This document shows positions 1 through 12,640 of a DNA stretch of 64,000 nucleotides, in pieces (position 1 is the stretch's first letter; every line of letters begins with the position of its first letter). This DNA is from Lama glama (lineage: Eukaryota): positions 46,502,001-46,566,000 of the forward strand of contig CM052818.1 of NCBI GenBank assembly GCA_028534125.1, given 5' to 3'. The notes under the pieces were generated by a model. That model was not told where the DNA came from. It searched no databases and worked only from the letters and a program-made list of their open reading frames with translations. The translations under genes were made by a program, and so were the position numbers.

Positions 1-354
1 AAAAAACAAAATAATATAACTTACCATAATATATTTCAGCATCTAAAAAGAAGGAAAAGTTTAAACCTGGTTGTCATTATTTTTGTAAATATAAAGCTCT
101 GTTAATGCTTTCAGATGAGATAGGCCAGGACTGTAATAAATCATTAAAGTTCATGTCCTCTTTATACTCCAAATCTTAGCCCTTGTTTTTTTTTTGCCCC
201 CTCTCAATTTGGAGAGAGAAGCTAAACCAACCTTTGTTGCTAATCTACACTTTGACTTTGTATGTGGTACCCACGGGAAATGTGACTGTATACTGTGAGG
301 CCAGCAATCCCTGTAATAATAATGGTGAGGAGGATGTTGATGATGGAGGTGATG

Positions 355-560
355 ATGGCTAATATTTACTGAGTTTACAATATGACAAGCATTAAGTGCT
401 ATATGTGCATTAAGTTATTTGAATGGCACAAATTATTATTATTCCCACTTTATAGATGAGGAGATTGAGGCCCAAGGAGGTTAAATCACTTGCCCCAAAT
501 CAATTAAGTAATAAGTAGGCTTCAAACTTAGGCAATCTGTTTCCAGGGCCCAAATTCTTT
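355..560 (-). mobile_element. MIR SINE fragment
   Basis: Reverse-strand MIR core: cccactttatagatgaggagattgaggcccaaggaggttaaatcacttgccc. Confidence 0.75.
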
Positions 561-3199
561 ACCTGAAACTTTGTATAATACTACTTTCTTGATGCCTCAA
601 CAAAGTTAGGGATAATATTTCAGCTGAGGAATCTAAGAGAGGGGCTTCCATTGGTGGTTACTTCCACCTGATCTGTATCCTCATTTTGGAAGGGGCAACC
701 CACTACGTATACATTTAGTAATACAGTTGATTTAAACTAACTTGGGAACATTTGGTATCTCTTTCATTTTCATTTTCCCCTTAATTTTCATGTGCTGTGA
801 TTTTCATAAGGACTGTCTTGTGATATACTGTATTTTAAGCCTAGGTTGGAATTTACATACGAAAACCCAAATAAGAGAGAGTAACTATTAGCTTTCAAGT
901 GGAAACTAAATTAAAAGATAATTTGATGAAATCGAAACCAAGCCATTATCTGATTATAAAGACAATCCTTAGCAGGTCCCTCATGACTAACTAGAAGAGT
1001 CACAGTCCAGGAGAGCAAGTCCTTTAGCAAGGGGCCTGGGCTAGATGTGGTAACCTTAGAATTTACATGTAGAGATGATTCTCATTGTCAAGTCTTCACT
1101 GCTTAGGGCTCTAGCGTTGGAATTGTAATCTGTGGAGCAAAACCTCGCATCTGAAAAATGACAGTGATATGGGAAGGCTTTAAGGTGAAAACATCTACAA
1201 TAAAATATGTTTTTTTGGACACATTTACCCATAAGGAGGAAAATTTGCTGAAAGGGCTAGGCTTCTGAGGGACTACACAGAATTCTTTGGTGGGCCGGAG
1301 ACTTTCTCTTTGTTACGGAGTTGGCAACAGCCGAGCTGGGGGTATAACTCCTCCCCTAGCTGCCAGACTAGACCATTTAGAAGAGCAGTGAGATGTCAAC
1401 ATATGTAAGGAAGATAACTCTTCTTAAAATTATAAACTAAAATCACCTGATTAGGCAGAACTGCGACAATAAGGCCTTCTTACCCTGTGTGGTACTCCAA
1501 GTAGGTGCAACAGGGCTGCTCATGCAGATGGGGATTATGATAAAACCTGCGGTGAGTATTTTGATTTTAAGATGTTTCATAATGTGGACACAAATGCCAT
1601 TATGCAAACATGGGGAGGGCTGAGAGTTTTTTTCTGTACCTAAGGATCAGGGAGTTTCAGATGGTGTACTTACAATAAATGCGCACTAAGGGGGTGTTCT
1701 TTTCATTGAGACTTCGTTAAGTGTGGAAAAGCCCAATTCATCTATGAGGAAAATGAAATATTTCCCCAAGGCACACAGATGTAACGTAGAACTCATCACA
1801 GGTCATTGAGAACAAGAGACATTTCAAGAAGAAAGGTTGATTAGAGATAAACTACAGGTGGTTCTGAAACCAGTGGAGTAACTGGAGAGCAATGCAATTT
1901 GAAAATTGTTTCCACCTCTTACTCAAATAAACACAGGTGGAATGTAGGCTCAGAGAGATGGAGAAGAAGTTCCAGAAATCCCTGGGAATCACTGAAATTA
2001 GTTGGTTTTTTAGTGTCCAAATGTATAGACAATGAAACTGAAGGTAAGTAGTTTATTGTCACAGGGCTTATCAGTTCATCGCAGAGCCAGAGAACAGCAG
2101 AGCCAGGACTCCTGTGGCTCCGGACTGCACTCCTACCTCTGTACTTCCTGTGTTTGTTACCTCTTTTCAGCTTACTTTATGATGTCCTAATCGAAGCATG
2201 TTACGTCTTAAAGGGTGACTTTCTGAATTTCATTTTTTGGTCTCAGGTTAGGGGTAGCTTGTAAGAGCTTAACGAGGCCAGCCAGTTACTGGGGCTTTTA
2301 TTATGTGTATGGTCCAATGACCTTCACCATCCAAGTTATCCCAAGACATAAAGGGCATAGAATAGGCACAATCACTGCCTTGAGAACTCTATAATTTCAT
2401 GACACATACCATTTTCATGAAACAAAAGCAGCTTGGCAGATTATTCATTTCTTCTGAGTGGTTTATTCAGAGTTAAAAATAAGCTGGGAAGGGAAATTTT
2501 CATTTTAGCAATCTTTAATTACCATAGCCAGTTTAGAGAGGGAGAGCTCTGAAGCCAGGACGAGAACACTGGTAGACAGTCATTTTATTACACATGAACT
2601 CTCCTTACAACGTGGTCTAAGTTAGTAACTCTTGTTAAAATGTGGTTGCTATATTGAATCTCTTTCATGCTAGTGATTATTTCTAAGACTAGTATTACTA
2701 ATATCTTTAAAATAATTTAGCCTATTGTTAATTCCACTCTCAGGGTCACAGTACTTCTGTGAGGCAGGATGAAGCACTTTTCTTACAACACTTTCCTCTC
2801 TGTTTCGTGTATACATGATTGTTTCTTCTTTTGATTATGAGCATCATTTACTCTTCATAGCAACTGCCCCCTGCCCCAGTTTGTGAATATAGGAAGTACT
2901 CAACAAATGTTTTTAAGAATCAAGGACATAAGAATCACCTTTATAGGATGGATGTTATCTGAGGTAGGACAGTGAGGGATTATATATAATTAATTCAACT
3001 CTTTCCTCTTTCATCAGAGTTTAAGAGCTTCTGGTCTAATTAGCAGATACTAGTCAGAGCATCTGCATCAAATGTATGCTATCATCCCTGAGTTATTAAC
3101 TTAAGATATGGGCCTCAGTTTCTTCATGAAAAACATGAAGATGTAGTATTTTTAATATGAGAAAAAGTCTCCATTTTCAGAACCACATTACATTTCTTT

Positions 3200-3430
3200 G
3201 ATGGTAATTAATGTTTCTTAAGCCTTACCATGCACCACACACAGTTTTGAGCTCTTCACTTAGGGAAGCTTTCATGACCTCCTAGCTTACAGACTTGGCC
3301 CCATTGTGATGCTCATTTTACACATGAGGAACCCGAGGCTTAGAAAGGTTTAGCAATTTGCCCAAGATCTTGCAGCTAATGAAAGGTAGCAGCTGAAAAC
3401 CCAGGTCTGTGTGACTCCAAAATCTAAGTT
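3200..3430 (-). mobile_element. MIR SINE fragment
   Basis: catttta cacatgaggaacccgaggcttagaaaggtttagcaatttgcccaagatc...ccaggtctgtgtgactccaa is the reverse-strand MIR core. Confidence 0.75.
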
Positions 3431-4185
3431 ATCATTAATACTACACTATATTTTACCTATTGCTTCACAACTCTGACACAGCTAACTTTCCAGGTGGCTG
3501 AAAGCCTCCTCATTGCAGATATTAATTTTTTGTAGTTACCCCAAGTAGAGAACTCTGTCAAGTCCTACTAAAATAAAAATTCAGCCTAAGGAAACTCCTT
3601 TTTGTAGATGTTACTTGTTCTAGACCTGACATTGTAGCTTTATGCTACTTTAGGTTACAGTATGTTCCCAACACACAACTTTCAAGTTTTCAAAATGGCA
3701 TTTACATTTTTTTCCTTCAGTTTGTATGCTCAGGCACCTGTATGCTTTCTCTACAATTCCCCAAAGTGGAGGAAAGGGGGAAAAAACGATTTTCTGAGAT
3801 TACATTAATAGAAGGCTCCAGATTATTGAGATAATATGTTTTCCTGAGGAGTCATTGAACAGGCTGGTCTTGAATTGATTACAACTCCCCCGGATCACTA
3901 TCCGATGGAGAGTGAAGGTCCTGGCTTTCTGATTCTTCCTTCTATCCCTTAGTCAGCTTGGTTGTTAGGATTAAGTTAACCCAACAGAGAATGTTAGGCA
4001 GGGAGGGACTGGATCAATTACTTCAATTTCTTCCTTTACAGAGAGACAACTAAGGTCCAGGAGAATGATTTACTGAAGCTCATGTATTCGTATCTGTCCC
4101 TCTCATCATCCAAATAGTAAGTAAATGGGACACCAGACAGCTGATGAAAATTTCTGGACTGGGTTTAAGTATGAGAAAGAAGAGG

Positions 4186-4400
4186 GCCTAGTGTTTAAGA
4201 GGTGACCTCTGAAGGCACACATCTTGGGTCTCAATCCTGTCTCCGCTCTTTTTTAGCTGTGCTCTCAGGCAAGTTACTTCTCTGTAACTCATTTTCTTTG
4301 GTTAAAGGTTGTAGTACCTACCTCACGTGGTTGTTGTGGGGATTGAGTTTACACTTTCAAAGCAGCATTTAAAGCATTAAAGCATGTGGCTGAATTCTCA
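4186..4400 (+). mobile_element. MIR SINE
   Basis: tagtgtttaagag...tgggtctcaatcc...tagctgtg...ggcaagttactt...gtacctacctcacgtggttgttgtggggattga follows the MIR consensus. Confidence 0.7.
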
Positions 4401-4679
4401 TTAACTAATGGTTATTTCTACCAAAAATTTCACTCCTAAATCTTTGAATTTTGAGCTCTCCTGATACGACCGCATTCCTGTTTGAAAGCTTCTAAACAAA
4501 GTCGACACTTGTTTTTCGAGGAACTCAAATGATTTATTTTTAAGTTTGGGCAAATAGATATACAACATAACACACAAACCACCACACATTGAGTATCTGT
4601 GGGAACAGCACAACTGAAAAGTCTGGGGGGGCAGGCGATTCAGGGGTGAAGCGATGCTGAGAAACAGCATTCGAGGGGG

Positions 4680-6200
4680 GATGGGGGAGGAAGGAAGGCG
4701 GGCCCTCGACGCGGATGCCGCAGGTACAGGTGAGCATGGCTCCCACCCTGGGGCTGGGCTTAATCGCGGCGTCGAACCGGACCAGCCTCACCCGCGAAGG
4801 CCCAGCTGGGCTTGAGGGTGACCGAAAATCACACATAACCGGAACTGGCCAACTTTAGGCTTTTTCACAGCAATACTTAAGACAAAGGGGCTCTTATCCA
4901 GGTCACTTTTTTGGATTGTTGCCCTCCTCCCAGCCCCCGGCTGTGTTCCCAACTTCCCCCAGCGCTGGCTCGACGGCGCCCCGCACGTCGCCCCTTTGTC
5001 TGGCAGCCACCCCGTTCCCCTTTGTTGTCCACCGTTCCTCCTAGAGAGGGGTGGGCTGGCCCCAGACCTCGGGCACAGGAGGAGGAATAAAGGGACGAGG
5101 ACGAGAATACCCGGGCAACCTGAACCGACAGCGATGCTTGCGAGCCGTCCACCCGCCGCAGCCAAACAACCCCTCGGCCCTCCGCCCGGGCCTGGGATGG
5201 GGGCGGGGCGCGGCGCGGCCGGCGTCCTCTGATTGGCTGTCGGCGTCGGGGCGCCGCGCCGCGATTGGGCCGCGGGACTGTCTGGCGCGAGGGCGCGCAA
5301 GGTGGGGAGGGGGCGGCTGGAAGCTGCTGGAAGTCAGGGGGCGGGGCGGGCACGGGCGGTCGGGGGCGCGGACGCGGGCGCGTCCGGGGGCGCGGGGGCG
5401 CGGGGGCGCGGGCGCGGAGGGAGGGCCGAACGGGTCACCGCCCCCGGCCCCTCCCCAGCCCCGCCCCGCGCGCTCCGACCGCGGGCGGCCAGGGGGCAGG
5501 CGCGCCGGCTGCATCCCTATCCTCGGCGTCGCCCGGCTCAGGCGCGGGCGAGCGGCGCGGGCGGCCGGAGCGCGGCGGGTACAGCGCCAGGCCGGCCATG
5601 GCCACCACTAGCACCACGGGCTCCACCCTGCTGCAGCCCCTCAGCAATGCCGTGCAGCTGCCCATCGACCAGGTACCCGAGACGGCCCCGCTGGCATCGC
5701 GCCCTCGCCGCCCCCTCCGCGGCCGTGTGCCATCCTCGCGGGAGCGGGGACCCGGGGCGCGCATTGGGGCGGGGGTCCCCAGAAGGGACGCGGCGACCCG
5801 CCTGTTGTTGTCCGCCCGCCGCCTCGCGTCGGGTGCCCCTCCCCAGCTGCCTACCCAGCCCCCACCCTGCCCTGCCCGTGCAACCCGGGGGGGCTCCGGG
5901 CACCGACGTGCGCGCGTGCATGCTTGGCCCTGCTCCCCGCCACAGCAGCGCGGGACTCGGGGCGTGCGTGCGCCGGTCAGTGGGCGATCCGAGTCCCCAA
6001 GCCTCTTCCAGTGCGTGCGGGCACGGGTGTAGACAGTGCGTGGAAAGGCTGTGCTTTGGCGGAGCCAAGTGTCTGTGCCCTGCACGCCTGACACCCGTTG
6101 CTCCTCCGGGAAAGGATGGATGTGTCTAAGTGGAGAGTGCGCTAGACACGGCGTGTGTCGCGTGGAGGATGCCAGCTCAGGGGTCAGCGGTCGATCGGCT
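4680..6200. promoter_or_regulatory. CpG island / MBOAT2 promoter and 5' UTR
   Basis: Abrupt rise in GC and CpG density around the start codon. GC boxes (GGGGCGGGG ~5200, ~5337-5350), two inverted CCAAT boxes (ATTGG at 5232 and 5264), no obvious TATA box. Confidence 0.9.
5598..5672 (+). CDS. MBOAT2: MBOAT2 coding exon 1 (MATTSTTGSTLLQPLSNAVQLPIDQ, 25 codons, ends phase 0)
   Basis: ATG in strong Kozak context (gccggccATGG) inside the CpG island. The translation matches the recognised MBOAT2 N-terminus. Donor CAG|GTACCC at 5672/5673 joins in frame to exon 2. Confidence 0.96.
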
Positions 6201-7654
6201 CTTTGGGACAGTTTGCGTTGAAGTGTGGCTTATTTTAGAGAGAGGCAACAGTTTGGAGGAAGGCAGAGGTTACGGAGAAAAGTCAAAGTGAGTTAATGAT
6301 CCCAGGGTTTCTAGTGGAGAAAGTGGCAACCTTGTAGATAGGAGAAACCACCCCACCCCGGTCACCGCACCCAAAGAAGCATCTGACACTGTGTTAGGAA
6401 GAGTGTCATTTAAGTCCTCACTTTGAATTTGTATGAAAAGGCCTAAGGATTATTGAGAAATAAACAGCATTGTGATGGGAAAAGCAGCGCCATTTTTATT
6501 CAGAAAAGAAAGTTTGGGAGTACTGTGTCAGAGTGACATTTAGGGTAGTTGCTGGTGGGGCTAGGTAATTGCTGTAGCCCTAGGCTAGAGGTAGTTCACT
6601 GAAAATTTTGCTCCAAATTTTTTCAAGTGGACTTGCTCTAGAAGTGTTTGACTTTACAGGGGATCCTGGTTCACTGTCCTTGTCTTGAGTGTGTTGCTGT
6701 CATTGCTGTCATCGGGGATTTCATTTATAATACAGGATTCCTCTGTGTCCGGACTCTGTTTCATAGCAGCAAGATGGGAAAGGACTCCAGTGCCTAACAT
6801 TGTGACACTGACTGTTTTGTGCTTCACCGTTTAAAAAAAAGAAGACTGAAGTATGTCCAATGAGTATAAAAAATATCCTGCCTCCTGTTCAAATCTGCAT
6901 TCTTTACTTATGTTTCTGTCTTAACTGTTGATTCTTAGTAAAATACCTAAACCTGACACATCTTGAACAACAGTTACAATGTGTATCATGTGAATAGATT
7001 CAAGTGCCAGTAGTGAAATTAATCTTACACGGTAAGAAAGTAGTCTTCTCTGTTTATTAATAAACTGATCAGAACTTCGGGTTTTTTCATCTTCTCAGCC
7101 CTGTGGAGGATTCTCACTTTTCTGAAGTGAAGCACAGTGTGTGACCTTTTAGTGTATTTCAACCCTCCTTGACTTAAGTAGGCTGCTGCCAGGGTGTCGG
7201 CTAATGCAGGGTAGGTGTCTGTTTAAAAAGTGCTTTGCTGCTGAGAGCAAGGGAGGTAGGCCTGTAACTTTTCACTTATCTTAGGGAGCAGGAATATGTT
7301 CTCTCTCCCTTTTTGTCTCTCTCCCAGTCATGATGAAATATTTTCTTTACTGTACTAATACCTTTTAATTGATGTTATACTTATACTTTAAAAGTGATGT
7401 TAATGAACTCACTAAAAAAATCTCAGCAATCCAGAGCAAGTTCTTTTCGGTGCTGACGTAAGAGGGGAATCACGGGAGGGGACAGGGCTTAAGCTTTTGA
7501 CTTTCCTCCTTTATTATCTACAGGATTTGATTTGGTGCCTTGGACACCTTCGTTCCCTTGGGAGCACTCTTTGAGTTTGCACAGCTATTTGTACTTCGGG
7601 TTGTTTTCTCTAAGCAAGTGTTAATAATGATGGATTAATACCACACAAGCCTTA

Positions 7655-7793
7655 TAATGAACTTATAATGAAAAACAATATGGAATTGATGGTGTGTATG
7701 TTCATGTATGACTGAAGCATTGTGCTGTACACCAGAAATTGACATAACATTGTAAACTGACTATACTTCAATAAAAAGAGTATATATATAAAA
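7655..7793 (+). mobile_element. 5'-truncated L1 3' end (~140 bp) with 18-bp TSD
   Basis: L1 3' UTR tail (tgtgctgtacaccagaaattgacataacattgtaaactgactatacttcaataaaaa) flanked by aataccac(a/t)caagcctta at 7637-7654 and 7794-7811. Confidence 0.85.
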
Positions 7794-10389
7794 AATACCA
7801 CTCAAGCCTTAACTTTTTAATGAACTATTTCTTTGAAGCACCTAAGAATTGACTTCTCTGCTGATAAAGCTCTTAGAGTAACTAAAAACTCATTTAGTAA
7901 AATTGGTTGAATAAATGGTTATTGAGCCATTATTTTGAAGTAGAGCAAAACAGAAAATAATTTTGGTAACATGTAAATTGATTGAGCCCAAGTCGAGAGA
8001 AAACCTAAGGGTTAATTGTAATCAAATAGTGTGATTCAACAGGAAAAAGACAAATCGGGAAATGAAAAGTGTAAAAATATAACTTGTTAGTTTGTGAATT
8101 TGGTATGTGCTGATTAACAATGTTTAGAAAATTTAGGAAATTATAAAAGCAGTTGTATGATGTCAGAGGGAGAAAAGGGACCTTAGGGCCAGAAAATAGT
8201 TTAACTTTTTTACAAGAGCGAGTGTAGAATTTATGAAACGATGACATGATTGGTATGTATGGAGTATCAGAATGTACACTGCAGGGTCTAGTAGGGGAGA
8301 AAGGAGGAAATATTTTGCAGTAAGGCCAGGCAAGGAAAAGTAGCAAAGGATCTTGCTTGCCTTAGACTCCAGGATTCTTTCATCCTTCCTGAGAATTCCA
8401 GAAAGACCTTGAGATAACCATAGTATTTGTTAAGTAGGCCTTACATTTAAATAAAAATACAGAATCGCCTATTGAGTGAGGTTAAATGATGCTTTAAGAT
8501 GGGACGAATTTAGCATATGATGTTTCCCCTCTCTAGGCCTTGCCTTCCGGACGACTTTATTTCTGGGTGGTTGTCATTAAAGGGAGGATTTGGGTTGAGG
8601 GAGAGCTGTGCCAAAGGCAGGGGCCAAACGTGCCACTGTGAAGACGTCAGATGCCACTGAACATAATTGTATTCTTTGTTAGTTGCTGATGTGGTGAATT
8701 TTTAAAAGACCCCAATGTGAGTACCAGACAAGAGAGAATAATTATATGTCCCAGATCAATCAATTTTTAAAATTTATTTAGAGGTTTTTTGTTTGTTTTT
8801 TTAACCTCAACATTGTATGTTGTGCTGCGTTTGACTTACCTAACCCTCTGAGCTCTTAGACTGAGGGGTCTGATAACTAGCCCTCCTCTTCCTTCTTCCC
8901 TTTATTTTTCCTTCCTTCCTTTCCTTTTTAACCATTTTTCTTTCCTTATTTCCCATGATGCTGTAATTACTATAAAACGGGAGTAAATTTCTCTGGTGAT
9001 GTGATGTCCAGGATGGCGTACTTGGCAGACAGCCAGTTAGGGATGAGACTGGCCTCATCACACAGTCCTGTTTGGGGACAGGGTCCTTGTTTTAGAGCTG
9101 ATGTGCTGAACTTTTGGGGTGAGGGGAGGGACAAGTGGGAGACTCAAGGTATTTGGAAGGGTTTGGAGGAGGGAGAAAGAAGGACCAGCTGTTCGTATGT
9201 TACCAACCCTGCAAAGTCAGGTCATCATTATAAATGGGTAATACCAGGCAGTTTACGGATCTCTTTCACGTGCGTTATATTATTTCCCTGACTCCTCGCA
9301 ACACCTTATGAAGTCAGATAAAATTCAAGGCCTGAAGTATTTTAGCTTTAGGTAGATACACAAGTGTGGTGTTAAGCATTTGAGTTAAAGGTCAGTTTTA
9401 ATTTATAATCTTAACTTGTGGCAAATAATTTTGGAGGGTGGTGGTTTTAGATCTGGGGTGCCAGTGTATTTTTGGAGGACAGGGTGGAGAAGGGGAGCTT
9501 CTCAACACTGGAGTGCTGGTGGGGGTGGGTGGGACAGGGAGACCCCCGTGTGGACGCGAGAGAGAAAGGAGCACGGAGGCTTATGAAACTCTGCTTTCCT
9601 TCTTTTTGGTCATTTTGCTGATTGCTACTTGTAACACTTCCCCATCCCCCGCTGAAATAATGGGAAAAGAGTGGTTTAAAACGTTTATGGCTTTCAATCC
9701 TCCTACAGCTCTACTGGGATAAACCCCATTTTATAGATGAAGAAATAAATGACGTTCTCAATTTTGAGCCTTTTAAGATTATGACTTTTAGGAGAAGAAG
9801 GTGAATGGCAACAAAACAAGCAAATCAAAGATTTATTCTAAAGTTGTCATTTGAATGCTTTAGGTTTAGGACATAAATATTTAACTCATTTGTCTCTCCT
9901 GTCTACTTTTACACCCATAATGAGCCTCAGTCTTCTTCACAAGAGCCCTGCCGTACCGAGGCAATCTGCTGTGGAAGATTCCTCTCAACAAGGAAGGCAT
10001 ATGGGCCTGAGAATCTTGCATCTGTATTTTAGGCCCTGTCAGTTAACTAATTTTAGGTCTGTCACTTTACATAAATGAGTTTCCTCCTGTGTAAAATGTG
10101 TGTTGCACTTAAGTTTTAAAATTCCCTGATTCTGTGTTTGTTTCATCAAGCTGTCCCAAATTCTTTTTGGACTGAGTTGGAGGGAATAGAAATAAGAACT
10201 CAGGGGAGGCAAGTGGACTAATAAATTTGGAACTTTTCAGCAGTAAGTTGAAACTGCCTCTCTGGTTACCCTGAGGCAGCAGCAAGGCAGAGGACCACCC
10301 GGGCCCTGAATTGCAGCCCCTGGCGGTTTCCCTGGGCCACTTCCTTTCACCCATTGAAAGTTGTAGGGCGCTGGTGGAGGGGAAACGGT

Positions 10390-10570
10390 GTGGTTGGTTT
10401 GGAACCAGATTCTGCCAGCCTTGTGCTCGTTGGCAAATTACTATGTATATATATTTAAGCCCCAGTTTCCTCATCTGTAAAATAAAGATAATGAGTGGTA
10501 TCTCTTTGTAGACCGTTGTAAAGATCAAAATACATAATCTATGTAAAGTGCCTGGCTCCAGCTAATATTT
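10390..10570 (+). mobile_element. MIR SINE fragment
   Basis: cagtttcctcatctgtaaaataaagataat...tatgtaaagtgcctggc is the MIR core and 3' part. Confidence 0.7.
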
Positions 10571-10972
10571 GCTGCACATTCCTTTCCCCTTCACACATTC
10601 CGAAATATGTGGAGTTTGTCTTATATTTTTCTTTTGGAAAGTTAACATCTGTTCATATGTATTCCATTTTAAATCTCCAGGACTTCCTTTTTAGGAAAGG
10701 AGCCATCAGGCTCAGGGTCTGTCATACCCCTCTCACAGCGATTAAAGTAGGATTAAAATCTTGTTTTGAATTTGGAGTCAAAAGTGGTTTTTCTGCTTCC
10801 TACTGCTCAAGAGTTCTCTGTCTCCTGCTTTAAAAATGCTTCCTTATGCCTGGGTGAGTACAAATAAACCTAGTCTGTGTTTATTGGGGCCCATCAGGGC
10901 TGGCTTTCCAGGGAAATAATCAAAATGGCTCACACACAGCTTCTACCTGCAGTCAATTTAACAGGTGGGATT

Positions 10973-11387
10973 TGTTGGGCCAACTGACGTCCTTCAAAGT
11001 CCAACAACCCCCATGTCTGGGCTCTGTGATGAAGTACATTCTTTACTGGGCGTATTTTCCCTAACAAACTAGTAGCCCCAGATAATGTCTGCCTTATCAG
11101 AGTCAAACCCCACCCACCTTTCAGGACCCTAAACCTCTTACCTCACCCACAACCAATCAGACTTGTGCACAAGCCGATCAGGCACCTTGCGACCCAACTT
11201 TATATAACACCCCAACAACCAGCCCTTGGTGCTCGCACAGGCACCCCTCGTCTGTGTGGCCCTCTGTTTTCTGTGGCAGTGTACCCTAATAAACCCCTTT
11301 CTACTCCCATGCTTAATCTCTGGTAAATTCTTTACCAACTCATGCGTCACCATGTCACCAACCAGCCCCCTTGTTGTGCCCACAACA
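10973..11387 (+). mobile_element. Solo ERV LTR (415 bp), same orientation as MBOAT2
   Basis: Termini TGTTG...CAACA; flanks GGATT/GGATC (5-bp TSD, 1 mismatch); CCAAT at 11153, TATATAA at 11201, AATAAA at 11288, in U3-R-U5 order. Confidence 0.8.
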
Positions 11388-12467
11388 GGATCCTGCGATG
11401 ATAGAACTTGGTAAGATTTTTTAAAAGTAGAACAAGCCATAAACAGGGCTCTCAGAAGAGTCATCATGTAATGATTTTACAAACACCATGGGTGAAGCCT
11501 GAAGTCCTGCTTTGGTTAGTGTGTAGGGTGTGGAAAAGGGGAGATGGCTGACGTGTGAAGAGACATTCAGGAGAGCTGAGCAGGCGGTAGTGATGTGCCC
11601 CCTCCTTTCTTGTCAGAATTGTAACTGTTCTTCCAAGCCCGCATCCAATGCACCTTGCATGTGAATCTTTCCCTGAATCCCATCTGATATGACTGCTGTC
11701 TTATTTGAACCACAAAAGCTTTTTGAATTTGGCACTGTTCTGGCATTTATATTCTGCTTAATGTTGCATGTGTCCATCAGGGTTTTGGTAGGAGACAGAC
11801 TGAACTAGGTAACCAGGGAGACTTTAAGAACCATTTACTAAAATATGGGCAGGTGTAGGGAAATCCGCAAGGAATAGGGTGGTCTCCCAGTGCAGCTCCT
11901 CTAGGCCTGGACGGACGAGAGGAGGGAAGAGCCTGAAGAGGGACCGGAACCCCATGGGGGAGCTTGGGGGCTGCCTGCCAGGGGGCAGCCGTGGCCCCCA
12001 GTGAGGGACCAGGCCAGCCTGCGGTGGACTTGGGGGTGGGGGAGGGGGGATGAATGCCCCCGCCTCCCGCCCTCTGTGTCCCGCTGGTGTCTCCTTCACA
12101 GGGCTGGGTGGCGCTTTGGGGACACAGAGTAAAGTGGGGAGTGGATCTGGAGGGCATTTAAATCCTACCCAGGACATTACGGTCACTAACACGTACTTTA
12201 CAGAGTTACTCACTTCTCTATGTGATGAATACAGATAAAAACCTTTTTGTCAGGCTCTTTATGCACATCCTCATTCTGTCTCTTTTCTTCTCAGTCACCC
12301 ATTTTGAAAGAATACTTCAGTCTTGCTTTTTCCATTTTCTTAATTTCTATTCACTCTTACAACCATTATAATCAGACTTCTGCAATAGGGATAGCAAAAT
12401 CCAGTGGGAAACTGAGACAGGCGATGCTGACTGGCCACTTCTTGTCTAAAACTTCACAGCCTCCTGT

Positions 12468-12640
12468 TGCAGTGCTTTCTAAAGTGTGGCTCTGAGACCA
12501 CTAGAATCAAAATTCATGTGGGATTGTTACTAAAAAATATATATAGATATAGATATAGATATAGATATAGATATATATTCCCAGGCTCAACCCAGACCCA
12601 CTGAGTGAGGACCAGGGAACATGCATTTTTCACCAGGCTC
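12468..12640. mobile_element. MER5-like hAT-Charlie DNA transposon remnant interrupted by an (ATATAG)5 microsatellite
   Basis: cagtgctttctaaagtgtgg...gaccactagaatcaaaat...ttgttactaaaaa[atatag x5 at 12541-12570]attcccaggctcaacccagacccactga...atgcatttt. Confidence 0.6.

Noticed and set aside
1540..2050. Consensus-like donor sites upstream of the promoter (CG|GTGAGT ~1551, AAG|GTAAGT ~2043), suggesting upstream exons
   Set aside because: No supporting ORF, promoter or clear acceptor pairing. Such motifs occur by chance in 64 kb.
5265..5597. Stop-free frame upstream of and in frame with the MBOAT2 ATG (possible N-terminal extension)
   Set aside because: No upstream in-frame ATG. The ORF-track start is a TTG within a CCAAT box, probably upstream of the TSS. 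An open frame is expected at this GC content.
4540..6221. Many long overlapping ORFs (150-298 aa) on both strands
   Set aside because: Pro/Arg/Gly/Ala-rich translations expected from stop-codon depletion in a CpG island. Only 5598-5672 matches a known protein and has a matching splice donor.
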